A DNA stretch of 64,000 nt from contig OZ037767.1 of the NCBI GenBank assembly GCA_964035545.1, forward strand, positions 4,170,707 through 4,234,706. Direction: 5' to 3'. The position numbers were made by a program, and so were the translations under genes. Shown piece after piece: positions 13,001 through 26,500 of this stretch; positions within the stretch are counted from its first letter, which is position 1, and every line of letters begins with the position of its first letter. Origin of the DNA: Bugula neritina (taxonomy: Eukaryota; Animalia; Bryozoa). The notes beneath the pieces are model-generated. The model saw nothing but the letters and a program-made list of their open reading frames with translations, did not search any database and was not told the DNA's origin.

Positions 13001-14075
13001 GGTGTAAGACATGGACTAAAATAAGCTTTCTCTTTTCACATTTAACATTTTGCAAGTTGGTTGAAATCTGCTGGTTTTAAATATATGATGTAAAAGACTT
13101 ACTAGCAGTTATGATTTAATAAAACATCAAAACCAAAATCTGGAGAAGCCACATTTGCACACCACAAAACTATTTCAAGCTTTTATAATACAATTCTAGC
13201 CTGTAAATTATGAATAAATACCCATTCTTCTCACTGTAACAACAGAATAAGAGCGTAAGCTCCTAATTAGATAATATCTAACAAGTGATGACTAATAATA
13301 ACACAGACTAACCTTCAACCAACACAGACTTTACTCTTCTCAAGTGCTTGTGGTGTGGTAATGGGCATTTTTCATTTAGCGCTCTAAAATATTTCAGAAT
13401 TTGTTAAGAAATATAGCCATTTTTATTTAAAAGCAAAAACTACAAATATACTATGTGCTTTCAATTCAGCTGGCAAAAGAAGCTTTCTGGGATATTTGTA
13501 ATGACTTCAACTGCACAAAGTTTATACCCTTCATGATAGAAGAAAATGCACCATAGTAAAATGACAAAATGGTATTACTGCCGACATAGATAAACTGTGA
13601 TCTAACATTATGGTTCATGTTTAACTGAAAACTTACTTTATAATGTGTGAAGTGTGCTTAGAGTTAGTTATCTCTACAGCTAGAAAGTTGTCTGCAATGT
13701 ACAGCATATTGAAGCAGAATATAATATAATTGTGGGTTTATGGATGTTGCTAAGAAAATTGCAAATGTGTACGTCAAAGGGCATATAATACAGGTAGCAA
13801 AACATGGATACCAAAAATTGGAATTGTGCCTCATATTGTAAATTAATAAAATGATTACTTAAGACTTTTTCTCCCTCCAAATGTTTTTGTTACTAATTGA
13901 TGTAAGTCAACAGCAAATATCGTTTTCTTAGCAAAATATAGATTACAAATTTATATTATTTAATTAACTTAATAATTACATAGACTACTGATTTATATTA
14001 ATGGCAAAATAAAGACTACAATATCGTACCAGTGGTTATAGGCTGAGTAATGTGATCTGGAAGGACATAGTTCAT
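10079..14075 (-). CDS. ADAT3: tRNA adenosine-34 deaminase regulatory subunit (ADAT3/Tad3), ~312 aa, 8 exons
   Basis: Exons 14075-14030, 13691-13637, 13383-13313, 12939-12723, 12612-12513, 11979-11807, 10766-10653, 10241-10079, all in phase. Motifs HKHLRRV, WPTFFH, HPLKHSVMVAID (pseudo-catalytic H-x-V instead of H-x-E), YICTGY-x-EPCTMCAMSLLHSRI, LNHNF. Confidence 0.92.
11521..11693 (+). mobile_element. Dispersed ~160-170 bp MITE-like repeat, copy 1
   Basis: Starts AGAGGTAGGTGCAGTAAT..GAAATTGAGAAAAGCCTGTGTTCTAGA, shared with copies near 47553 and 57912. Imperfect inverted ends. Confidence 0.65.
11706..11780. repeat. Short tandem repeat (ACTGACTAGAT / ACTGACTCTAACCG units) beside an ADAT3 donor
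   Basis: Directly visible, about 25 nt from the donor at 11806. Confidence 0.7.
11963..12190 (-). repeat. 31-bp minisatellite overlapping the ADAT3 exon 6 acceptor
   Basis: Unit CTATTACAGCRCCACACTACAACATGASTTG at 11964, 11995, 12026, 12057, 12088, then decaying. On the minus strand each intact unit contains TGTTGTAG|TGTGG. Confidence 0.9.
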
Positions 14076-15986
14076 TCTTATTCATAGACGATTATTCTAA
14101 ATCAGATATATTTAAAAGTATTTTATAACTTGTGTAGTTGCCACTTGTGTAGTTTTCAACTCATTTGATTTCACAATCTTAAATGCAAGTCAATCAAAGG
14201 TACATTGTTCAACAATTTTTTTTATCTAAATCAACGGAGAAATGACTGGAATTTCTAAATTTTATGTGATTCTCAATAATGCACACTTTTAGAAGTTGTA
14301 AAAATAAAAATAATAAAAATTAAAATCAAATTACTCCAGACTTTCATAGATTAAAGTACAGATAAACCTGAATTTATAATATTTATACTCAAACTTAGCT
14401 GACTTGGGAAAATTTAAAAATCTCAGTGTCAAAGTAAAAGAATACATTTTTATCAAGTATATTAGAAAATCAAAATGACTTACCAAGCAAAACAGCAAAT
14501 TTTATTCAAATAATCTGTTGCAGTTTAATCATTATCTGTAGTATTAGCAGAATTGAATGAAACATGAGACAAAACAAAATAGGCATAAAATTATAAATTC
14601 ATGCAAATACTTCATATGAAATCAACTTGAAAGAAGTACTAATTTTAACTCAGTGAAAAATGATGAGATTACAAAATTTATAGTTAACAGCATGAATGGC
14701 AAAGTGAAAATAATGTTTTTTTGAAAAATAAAATTTTTTAGCCTGTTAGGACTTATGTATTGATTTTTACAGCATTTTATACCAACTAAAAATTAAAAAG
14801 TAAATAATTTTACAATGAAAAATAATTTATTTTCAATTAAGAACATTGAAAATGGCAACTAATTCTTTTATCAAAATTAAGATCTCCTGTTCTAACTTAA
14901 TCATAGCTGTTTTGCATAAGAAAAAAAATTGCCTTTCGGCATATATGTGAATTTCTATTTCATATAGTGCACCAACACGCCACATGTTTTATATTGAGCT
15001 ATTTTCAATTTTGCACACGTGTTTTTTCAACAATAAAATTAAACAGTATAATTGCCCAAGCGCAAGCAACATAAATTTTAAGAAATTTAAGAGCTCAACT
15101 ATGTTTTAATGCATAATGACTGTATTAACTAATTACAAGCTTTTAATAACTTAAATTAGTGAATCTGATACCACTACCAACAGCTATTTGTGCATGGATT
15201 ATTTTAGCAATAAAATAGGTAATACAATAAATTTAATTTACGTGGGAAAATATGGGTAGACTGTGATTGACGGCTAGGATAAGGTAGTAGTTGCCAGCCT
15301 ACACTTCATAGCATGTGCTATGTCCATCACCATTAGCACAGCTTAGTTGGAAAGTTCACACCAAGACAAGCTTCTTAGGTCAATCCATAATAATTAAAAT
15401 TTGTGTATAATCAATCGAGTTCTATTAAAGAAAATGATAAGGAAGTTGAGAAAACATTAATTGACCATAAACTAATTACTTCATATAAACATAAATGTTA
15501 GTGGCCGTCACTAAAAAAAAGGAACCTTCAAATCGGTCAAACTCTCAATGTGACTGACCAAAATCTGTCTGAATATAAAGAAGCAGAAATGTAACTTAAA
15601 ATTTATCATTTTAGTATATTTACAAGTTTAATTATTTCAACAACAGATTATTTGAAATTTCATATTTTAGAGTTTAAACAACTCATTATATAAATGCATT
15701 TAAACAAAATGATTAAAACATATTATAATGCACTATCATACAAAAAGCTGTATAGTACTAAAGTATTAAAGTTTAAACAAAATTAAACAGAATTCAAATC
15801 AGAATGTTATGTGCAAGCTACCAAACAGATAGGATACTACAGTGGAATTATTATGGCTTTTATATGGTTTAGTAAAAATGAAAGTTTTTCGGAAAAAAAT
15901 TCTTTTTATTATTACTCCCACTGGTTGAGATCTACGCAAAACTATATCTTATAGTAGAGCTATTGGTATCACTAACACAAGCCAGT

Positions 15987-18900
15987 CTAGTAGTCAAACA
16001 GGCCTTGCTGTTCTAGCTGCTCCATCACAGCTTTAGCAGCAGCGGCTGGTCTTAATGGGTATGGGCTGCTGCGCTCCTTTTTACCCCCTAAAGATTGAGC
16101 TGCACCTGATTCGGATGTGTGTTGCATGTAGGATTGGCGCATTCTTGACAAAAGCTGCTGCTGAAGTTCCATTCCAACTTCTGACTTATACTTGTCGCCA
16201 GACTGCCCCTGTTGAGTCGATGATCCCATCATTTGACTTGAGTTGTTCATTCCAAGTTTCTGGGAAAACTGATTAGACATATTTTGAGAGCCAAGTTCAC
16301 CATTATCACCGTATCCTCCGGACATCTGAGAGTTTGGCATCATCTGCTGTTGGCTAGACATCATTTGCTCTTGATTGGGCATGACTTGCTGCTGATTGGG
16401 CATGATTTGCTGCTGGCTGGACATCATTGGTTGATTGGGCATCATATTTTGTTGTTGATTGCCAATCATTTGTTGATTGGGCATCATATTTTGCTGATTA
16501 CCCATCATTTGTTGATTGGGCATCATTTGCTGTTGATTACCCATCATTTGCTGTTGATTACCCATCATTTGCTGTTGATTACCCATCATCTGTTGATTAC
16601 CCATCATCTGTTGATTGGGCATCATATTTTGTTGCTGCATCATTTGGGAATTCTGCATCCCAGACATCATTTGTTGGTTAGGCATCATTTGTTGCGGATT
16701 ACCCATCATTTGTTGATTGGGCACCACACTTTGTTGCTGGCTGGGCATCATTGGTTGATTGCCCATCATTTGTTGCTGATTGGGCATCATCATTTGCTGT
16801 TGATTGCCCATCATATTTTGTTGATTGGGCATCATATTTTGTTGAGTACCCATCATTTGTTGATTGGGCATCATATTTTGTTGATTACCCATCATTTGTT
16901 GACTAGGCATCATATTTTGTTGCTGCATCATTTGCGAATTTTGCATTCCAGGCATCATTTGTTGGTTGGGCATCATTTGATGTTGATTAGGCATTTCATT
17001 AGAATAATATTCTTGCCAATACTCATTCTGTTTTAAAGCAACGCTATTCATCATATTACCACCTTGACCAAAACTATTGGCTTGATTAAACATTTGATTC
17101 CCCATACCCTGAGAAAAACAAATTAGCAATGAATTAGATAAAACATGTGACAACCAAATTTAGTATGTTCCTACTTCTACAATGTTTAAAGAAATTTAAA
17201 GGATAAATATAAAAACAAAAGTAAATTTAAATCTGAAGCAACTGGCACAAAAATATAAATTAATAAAGTCAAAATTAAAAGTGAAACAAATCTTAATAGT
17301 CAAAAAGTAATATTTATTTATGACAAAAGCTAAATTACCGAAAAATGAAAATATTTATAACAACCAGGGCTATAAAGAGAATAACAGCAATGTCTCACAA
17401 ATTTGTAAGTTTATTATTCTTTAAAGTGAAATAATGGTATAAGCTGTAGTGATACTTACGAAATTCATCATTTGAGTATTCTGTTGCATGTTATTGACAC
17501 CAGAGTTCTCCAAGTCCTTATAAATAAATATTAAATAAATTGAATTTAAAAGGCTTTATAGAAATCATTATTCATATTTGTGAGAAGTGCTACACAGTGA
17601 AACAGGAGTATAGACACAACTTGCTCTAACAAAATTTAGTCTTACATCTTAAAATGCAGCACGTTAGTGAAATCTCAAACACTCCAAATGTTTGATTGGA
17701 GCATTAACATTAAAAAACCCTGAAACAGCGGTCAACAATATCTAATAATGCTTTTATCTTAGCATTTCTCTCAGTGTTTGAAGACCAACTAACTGGTATT
17801 TTATATGAAGGGTAAAACTTTAATCCAGTTACACCAAATAGAACAAAACTGATATTTTCAACAAAGCTGATGTTTACACTTGTGAATGGGCTATTGATAA
17901 ACATGGGTAAAATCAAAATTTTTTGTGATGGCCTAAATCTTTTGAAAAAAACCAGAAAATAAAGTAATTTATATAGTCTTCTACAGAAAAAGCTGTTTCA
18001 CATTATTCTCATTCCTTCAACATGCCATGACAATTACAATGAAGCAGCAGTTCTCTTTAAAGACTCAAAATTCAAACCTTTCTCAACTTGAAGCGCACTT
18101 CAATCTCTCGCCCTTTCAATGTTGAATGGTTTAGTTTTGAAACAGCCCTAGTAGCCTCATCATCATTCATCATAGTGACAAACCCAAAGCCTTTACTACC
18201 CCCTTCTTGGGTCTTCATAATCGCAACCTACGCAAGAGTGAACATACTTAGACATAACGATTCAATGCACACATGTAGTAGAAATAGTTGCTCAGCTATG
18301 ATGTGCTGTAAGTCTTTAGCACCAGAAAGAGTGAAAAAAAATTTTAATTTACGTAAAAATTTGAGAAAAACTTCCAAAGAATGAACATACTTGGACATAA
18401 AGATTCGATGCACACATGCAGTAGGAATAGTTGCTCAATTATGATGTGCTGTAAGTCTTTAGCACCACAGAAATTGAAAAGAACTTTTTTAATTTCTGTA
18501 AAAATCTGAGAAAAACTTCAAAAGTCTAGAGTAATGAGTTTAATAAAAATATGTATGCCAAAAAATTTAACAGACTAATAAAATGTAGTGATGTAGTAAT
18601 GCATTACTAACAATACTGTTCAATAAAACAGCCACTGCAGTTTCTGATATTACAAGCGCTCAGAAAAAAATCAATATATTAGCCTCTTGCTGCATTTTCT
18701 ACGTATTGATACATAAAAATAATTGAAAGAAATAGAAAGGTTATTTAACTTAGTGATATTAATTAAGGTTTTTTTCAAACAACAATTTAAATTTGTTCAA
18801 TATAATTGCTTCTACCGAAATTAGTTTTTTACTTGACAATAAACTGGTTTCAGCTAGAAAACAGAAATTGTTAGGAACTTACGGAGGGGACAATTGCACT

Positions 18901-21899
18901 GACAGTTGACAATGCAGCAGATAATAAAAGCACAATCTAGAAAAAATTTCTAGGAACTCGCAGCCTACCTTTCGCACGACGCCGTGTTCAGAGAACAGGG
19001 AGAATAAACTAGTGTCATCAGTTTCTAAAGGCAGGTTACGAACAAAGATGATAATTCCCAATTCATTTCTCTCAGCCACTGACGGGTCAGCTGCAGCATT
19101 AAAATCTCTCTTTCCCATTGGCGTCACCCGGCTAAAACATTTAGCAACAATATCTTATAAGTACATCTCACAGATGCAGCCCTATATACTGTACCCAGTT
19201 TTACTCACTTTACTTTTTTTGTAAAGTGTGGACTCTCAGTTAATTTAACTAATGTTCGGTAAAATTGTCCCCATGGTCAAATCAACTTTTTAAATGGAAA
19301 CCATGAAGCTATAAAACCCACCTTTACAAACGACTTTCAAGTACAAGTACATATTTGTATATAACCAAATCAAGAGATTTCTCACAGTTCTATTAGCAAA
19401 TTATGCAGCATTGTGCTTTAATTTGATTACGTTACAACTTTTTAGTAACTACCGAAGCTTTTAATTATCTGGCATTGATGCTCACTATTCTACAATTAGG
19501 TGTGCATTTTAAATACATTTCCAATAAGAGATATATTAGAATCGCTTACTTATGGCCTCTTGGGTTTCTAATAGGTCCGACAGATCCCACGCTGTCAGGA
19601 ACCTACAACACATAGAGCCTTTGTATTTTCCAGTGAAATTAAATTCTCACTGGATATAAAACATGAAACAAGCTTCATTGACCCTGAATGTCTACACTCA
19701 GTATTTATAAACAAAACTATAGAAAAGGCCTCAAAGTCAATGCAAACTAAACCTACTGCTATATGTGACCGACATAAATAAATACTTTAGCTTTCAAGAA
19801 CAAAACCAAATGCATTTTTCGATGAAAATCTAGCCATCCATACCCTTTCAACTACGCCTTAATAGTGTGCCAATATACCGCACCAAATATTTTCTAAAAA
19901 TAGCTAAATAAATTATGCTAATATTAATTTTTCACTACTGTAAAACTACTGCCGTAAGAATCAAAAATGGTTTATGAGAGGAAAATAACTCTACATGGCC
20001 AACGACATTGGCTGAATACTAGGGTGTGAATATCGGAACACGGAATTGATAGCCAAATTATCAAGAACTAGCTAGATGATATAAACTCACGTTTGTATGA
20101 GAGTACTTGACATTGATTGCTTTATCATAGCCGGCAGGAGTAGTACGATGTAGAGCAGCAATTGCAGCGTCACACTTGTCAGTGGTCATCAACAGCACAA
20201 ACCCAGAACCTGTACATATCTCTGAAACATAATATAGTGGGAGGTTATATGTTTGCACAGTGCTGGGTAATAACAGATACAGTAAGACTGCGAAACAAGT
20301 TCTAGTGACCTACAAGAGAAAAACCTACGCATCAGAATGAGTTACTAGGTAATGCAATAATATCCAATATGTTATACTACATTTAAGTTTATTTATTTAG
20401 TTTTTTCTTATAACTACAGAGTGTATAGGCAGAGATACAAACACGTAAACAATATTATCAATAATTTGTAAATTTTCTACCTGCCTTTTTTTTCACCAAG
20501 TACAAGTAATATTTTATAATAAATAAAAAATAACATATAATAAAGCTATTTATCTTCTAGTGAAATAGCAGATGCTTTCATAAAGAACCAAACTTTTCAT
20601 TCACGCTAATCAAGAGGTGCAGTGTAAGTTAGTTTGCCCAAATTATCAAGCTATATCCATATTAAAATAAATATTTGTAACCAAAATCACTTCCATTATA
20701 TGCAATTATTATTGAAATTGTTACAGATTTTCTGATGCATCAAGTTCATACTAATAGAAAATTTTGTATTTCTATGGCAAGCACCTGTTCCAGGATGGCA
20801 TAAAACTCTAGCCTGAATGATGGGTCCGTGGGCAGCAAACAGCTGATACAAGTGGCTTTCATCTGCAGAAGGCTGCAGGCCAGATATGTACAGATTTGTC
20901 TTTTTAGTTTTAACAGACTTTGGTCTGGCATAAGCTACCTGCAGAAAGGTGAAAGACATTCTTCAGATAACAAAATTTATGACTACGTGGGAAGTGATGT
21001 ACGATTATATACGATCACAATAATAATTATTACAATTATTATTAATTATCATTATTAACAATTATAATCATGGTCGGAGCCGATGGATAGCTAAACAATT
21101 AACCAATAATTATAATAAGATTACATTTACAAATACTTAAACCCGAACATTAGAACAAAAAATGGTAAATGAAATTAAATTTACTATAGAAGTATCTAAA
21201 GATCTATCAAATTATACATGCTGCCAAACAAATTATTTCATATATTCTCATGTAACACATATGTAGTTGCACAAGTACAAAGCAAACAAATTACAATGAT
21301 TCATACTATCACATATTTTAGTTTGCACTTTTCTAGATAGTAAACCCTCCCTTTTATCACATATATTTACATATAGGATTAATAATTTTTTACTATGTAG
21401 AGTAATTAATTAAACATAATATTTTATTACACGCACAATATCCACCCTACCTTCAGTGTTTTATGCTGTACTTTATGCCCGTTTATTGTTTGAATGGCCT
21501 TTTCAGCATCTTCTGTGGTCTCATAATTGACAAACCCGTAGCCTAAAGTGCTTCCTGTTTTCATGTCCCGTACAACCTTGAAACTCGATAGCTAAATCAG
21601 ATTTACCAAATCACTTAGGTGTAAGTTTAATTTATCACAGCATTGTGTGTAATTGTCTATAAACATGTGTAGGTTGACAATTAAATCAAAGGAAATAGTT
21701 GGATTTAAAACTTGTTACTACATTATATTGACTAAGAAGAGAAAATGTAGGGAAAAGAATAATCACTCACTGTTCCAACAGCTGAGAAGATGGATCGAAA
21801 TTCATCATCTGAAAAAACTGGAGGCAAGTAATTTACAATCAAATTAGTTTTAGATATTTCAATTTCTTGAGAATCTTGGCCTGAATTTTCATCTGCCAT
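15987..21899 (-). CDS. ELAV/Hu-like 3-RRM RNA-binding protein with a long C-terminal Q/M/N-rich low-complexity domain, ~699 aa, 9 exons
   Basis: Exons 21899-21771, 21591-21451, 20938-20785, 20221-20091, 19602-19550, 19131-18969, 18227-18078, 17516-17460, 17108-15987, all in phase. RRM1 [10 protein letters not shown] / LGYGFVNY / TLKVAYARP, RRM2 NLYISGL, RRM3 IFVRNL / KGFGFVTM are ELAV-family signatures. Confidence 0.88.
16340..17000 (-). repeat. Coding tandem repeat encoding (M)M(P/G)NQQ(N/Q/M) units
   Basis: More than 25 imperfect 18-24-nt units in the terminal exon. The frame stays open throughout. Confidence 0.9.
18239..18525. repeat. Tandem duplication of ~143 bp next to an ELAV-like acceptor
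   Basis: TGAACATACTT..GATGTGCTGTAAGTCTTTAGCACCA..GAGAAAAACTTC starts at 18239 and again at 18382. Confidence 0.85.
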
Positions 21900-23186
21900 T
21901 ATTGTCAACAAAAATCTAGAAAATATGTAATACGAATGTTTACAAGGCTTAGGTCTATTGTTTTACAAACTTTAGTATGAGCATAGTATATTATATATAG
22001 CTGAGTCCAAGTAACATTGACTTGGGTATTTACAGACTCGAGGTTTTAAAATCTAATGACCCAAATTGACTTGCAGAAAACCATGGACTCGCTTGATTAA
22101 TGGACTCAATAATTTTATTGATTTGCTGCGAATCTTTAAGAAAATTTCAAGTCAAAACCAATCATATTCAGTTATTCTTATGGATAATCATAATCATAAT
22201 CTGATAATGATCGTATTTGTCATTATCGTTATGAATATCATTATGATAATCAATATCTACTACCACTATCAGTATCTTTGTGATTATGATTATCACTTCA
22301 AGTTTAAGCTTATTATTATCATTATGATTATGAGAACCATAATCATAATGATCATCATCATGATGATCACAAGGCCACTGGGCACTAATAGTGATCAGTG
22401 ATGATCAACTTATAATGATAAACATAGTCAAATTGAACTGGAAATTCAAAAGCAAATTCAATCATTAAATTCAATAAATGACATTGATTGTGAAAATGAT
22501 TATGATGATTATCAAATTTAAATGATCATCATCAATCATTCAATGATCATATTAAATATTTCATTATGATTATAATTATTTGATTTTAAAATTTAATGTC
22601 AAATTTCGTTGTTAGGCCCACAAAATTGACTGATTTGATGAATATTGACTTGACTTGCTATAATTTTATAATTATAATTATTTATTAAGCGCAAAACTTG
22701 AAATCATTTATCATAATTTTCATTAATATTATATTTAATTTTATTATTATTTAAACTTATTAAAATAAAACTAAAAAGAGGTCCGCCATGTGTATTTTAG
22801 TGCATGGGTCCGCACAAAACAGTTTACGGTAAGTCAGTTTCGTAATCTGAGTTATGCCAAAATGAGAAAACGGGTTTTAAGGCTTTTGCACCAGCGATTC
22901 TATTAAGTATATTTCCACTAAGGATGGCGTGAACCCTTTGATGTCATCATTGCACAATAACTTTAACAAATTGGCAATGAAATTAAAATTTTAAGATAAC
23001 TTTTGCCTTGTGTTTATGTAATATTTTTTCAGTGAAACAGAACTTAAAAGTAAATTTTAATAACGATGTTGATTTACTAATGATATAATGAATCTGTTCA
23101 ATGAACACAACGTTATTCAAACTAAAACTTAAATTGAAAGTGAAACTGAGAGTGAGTTGAATGACTCAGACTTGAAGCTGGACGTC

Positions 23187-23240
23187 TACTTCTAGTAGTA
23201 GTGGTAGTAGTAGTAGTAGTAGTAGTAGTAGTACTAGTAC
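23187..23240. repeat. (TAG)n microsatellite
   Basis: Visible run of AGT/TAG units. Confidence 0.9.
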
Positions 23241-23590
23241 AAGTGCTCTATTTCTAATATTATAGATTATTGCTATCGCTGGAATTTATCACAATATGAT
23301 GGTATTCATGTTAATAACTTTAATCTATTACTATTAGTCTATTAGTATTACTATTAGTATTAGGCCATTTTAATGCGAGTCTCAACAGGCAGGATGAGAA
23401 TGGGAACTTTACAATTACTGATCAGAAATTGAAAAATAAAATACTAGAAATTCAAATTAAAAAGACTTTAGTAATAGTATGACTCAAGTTTAGATTTATA
23501 TTTGTGACTCTTTTATTCATTGTTTTTCTGAGTAAAGTTCCTAATTTATTGTTTGTAGCTATAAATTTTGCAGACCTGTAAAAATATACT

Positions 23591-26500
23591 ATGGGCGCCT
23601 TTGTGCTGCAAGTTATAATCTTGTTGATGTCGTTATGCAATCTACTCAATGCTGCCATATCTTGTTATGGAAATGACAAGAAACCAGTTGACTGGTGAGG
23701 TTTTTTACAATTATTTTATAAATATCTATTCAAGTCTAGTACTTTCTTGTTTATGTCAACTGTATGTTCTACAGACGAAAATAAATCAAATCTCAATTTA
23801 TTTTTATATAGTCCCACACAAATTGCTATTTCTTATAGGTTTATAGTGTATAAGCTACCCGTGTATTACACGAAAAAGCTAAATGCAAAATATACATTCC
23901 CTCCTCACCTCTACATGGACAGCCGCAACCCTAACTTTCAGTTTCTTACTCAATCACTCAACGAAACATCCCAGGCAGTGGCCTATACTCTTCAACAGGC
24001 ATACGCAAATAGGCAATCACCAGTACGTCTTTATTCTAACTTTTCTTGTATTCGCACTAAAAGTTAAATAATTTTGAAAAGTAAAATAGATTAAGGTCTC
24101 AATAGTTGCATCTTTTGCTTACAATATTCAAATCCTTTGTAACCTCACCAATGGCGCTTACCGAGGTTCTTTAATTAGTTGTGTTAGTTGAATTGTTTAT
24201 CTACAATATAAGACCTATCTCATGCAGCTTTGTGAAAATGCTTGTTTCTGTACAGGATGTGGGATATATATTCTACAATGACGAGAAGCCTTTGGCTGCT
24301 GGAGGTGGCGTCACTGAGAAATATGGACATACTAAAGGTCTGTTCTATGCGTTAATATCAGTATCTGACAGTTGATAGTAACCTTTATATAATTAGTTAA
24401 GAAAGCCCTCATAGTTATATCCAATGGACAAACTCCAGCCGTGTTCTATAGTTTAATTACTGTCTTCATTTTATTTCATTACGCCACGTAGTCCAGCTAA
24501 ATTTTGTTGATCATCTTATTGCTTCTACAATAAAATTTGCACATTTTGTCATCTGGCCAATCTTAACAGAGATAAATTTAGCATATCAGGTTTTCCATCT
24601 GCTGAGAGTTTAGATATTTCACTTTTTTAGTTAATCTAGGTGAACTTTTAATGAGTTGCTTATTTAATTTATAATATTTTTCTATTAGGTGTGACTATAT
24701 TTGATGAGAGTACTGCAGTGTGGCTTATCCACAGTGTACCCAAGTTTCCTCCTCCCACCAACACTTCGTACAGCTACCCTGACACTGGCCTCTACTACGG
24801 GCAACATATGATGTGTGTCAGCGTCTCAACGGCTGATGATGTCTCTAACATAGGTATGTGTGTAGATGACAGCGTCTGTCTCTAACATAAGTATGTGTGT
24901 ATGTAGGTGAGTGTCTATTATAAGTTGAACCTGTAAGTGCTAACTTCTGACTCTAACCACAAGGTATGTTTTTAACTTAATGTAGTTAACCTCCAGTAAA
25001 TTATGTAACATTTACCATCTCTGATAAGTCAAATCATTTAGTGAATTGCTGCCACATAATGAATCGTGGAAATACCAGTTCTGTTTTGTTTGTTTTAGGA
25101 CTACAGCTGACCTACAATCAACCTTGGGTGTATGATTACCAAATTCCGCCTCAGCTGGGTGATAAATATCCCACCATGTTGAATGTCATTACTGGTGTTC
25201 AACATTCGCATGACAGCCATGTGGAGCTAATTCACAGCTCGGTTCAGCAGACAGTCTTCATTGTGTTTGCCAAGTCTCCTAGCTTCAATCAAGGTAAGCG
25301 TAGTTCTAAGTCTAAGGTAAGCATAGTCCTAAGTCTAAGATAAGCATAGTTCTAAGTCTAAGGTTTCATATTGTACCCATTTCTTCTTGAAAAATTAGTT
25401 CTCTTGGCAATTCATATGCACTTTCCAATATTGCAGGTTTTTCTTCGCCAAATTTAATTAACCTTTTGTCTGTGATGTCTTTAACTGTTGATTTGTGAGA
25501 TATTCGTGATAGTAACTTTGATAACATCATGGCTTTTCATATAAGTGAAGGTGTCTCAAATACATCAGCTGGTTATAATTAGCTTTGTGTTTCGACCACA
25601 TAGTTTAAGACATGCTTGATTCTATCAAGTTGAAATTTGATACATTCTAACTTTAACTCAAGTTGTTGGCTACTTTCAATACTAATAAAATATTCTAGTG
25701 GTTGATAAGCGCTGAGTGAACTTCTATTGTAAACCTACAGTACATTTCCCTAGGACTATATGTTCTCTCTCTCATATTGTAAGATACAAGGTTATACACT
25801 CTCTCTCTCTCATACTGTCAGATACAGGACTTTGTACTCTCTCATGTTGTAGATTTGTACTCAGCTATGGTTGCTCCATCTCTGCAGTGCAACCTGTTGA
25901 CAGAAACTTGGCAGAACGGACCAAAGAGTGGTAATTTACCCTCAGCCTGCAACCAGACCTACAAGGTTGGTGTTTGTGCTTCTAGTCACCTAATAATAAG
26001 TACATGTAAGGATATTAACTGTTTTTTTTGCTAGGTACAACTAAGAATTTTATATATATGCTGTAGATGTGTTTAAAAGGTTCTGTATTATGATTAGAAA
26101 TAGCATAGTTAGTTACACAATAAATAGCACCCCTGGGACTTAATGCTATTTACTATATTGTGTATTCAAACTTGTTTTTTCTCTCAACATTTTGGCATTA
26201 ATATGGGTTACCTTTGTGAAACTCATATTGTTATATCCAGGATACTGGTTGTTGATTTTCACTGTATATATGCTGTGTAGGTGGAGACAGTGTTGAGTAT
26301 AGCTAACAAACAGCTCAATATCAGTTACTCTAATCATATGGATCATTCTAAGTTGGCAGTCTGCAGTGACTCAGGCTATATATGTGTTGGTGACATAAAC
26401 AGACAGGTGAGTTATATGTAAGCGACATGAGCAGACAGGTAAGTTATGTGTCAGTGACATGAACAAACAGGTGAGTTATGTGTCAGTGACATGAACAGAC

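Noticed and set aside
16284-17036. 250-aa His/Leu-rich ORF on the + strand
   Set aside because: It is the antisense shadow of the ATG/CAA-rich coding repeat of the ELAV-like gene and has no independent support.
22066-22401. 111-aa Ile/Met-rich ORF
   Set aside because: It is a translation of an ATC/ATT low-complexity tract, with no domain or splice support.
23330-23420. Relic alternative DNase II first exon (LLLVLGHFNASLNRQDENGN)
   Set aside because: No in-frame ATG, no conserved Cys or VDW, and no donor. It may be chance within low-complexity DNA.
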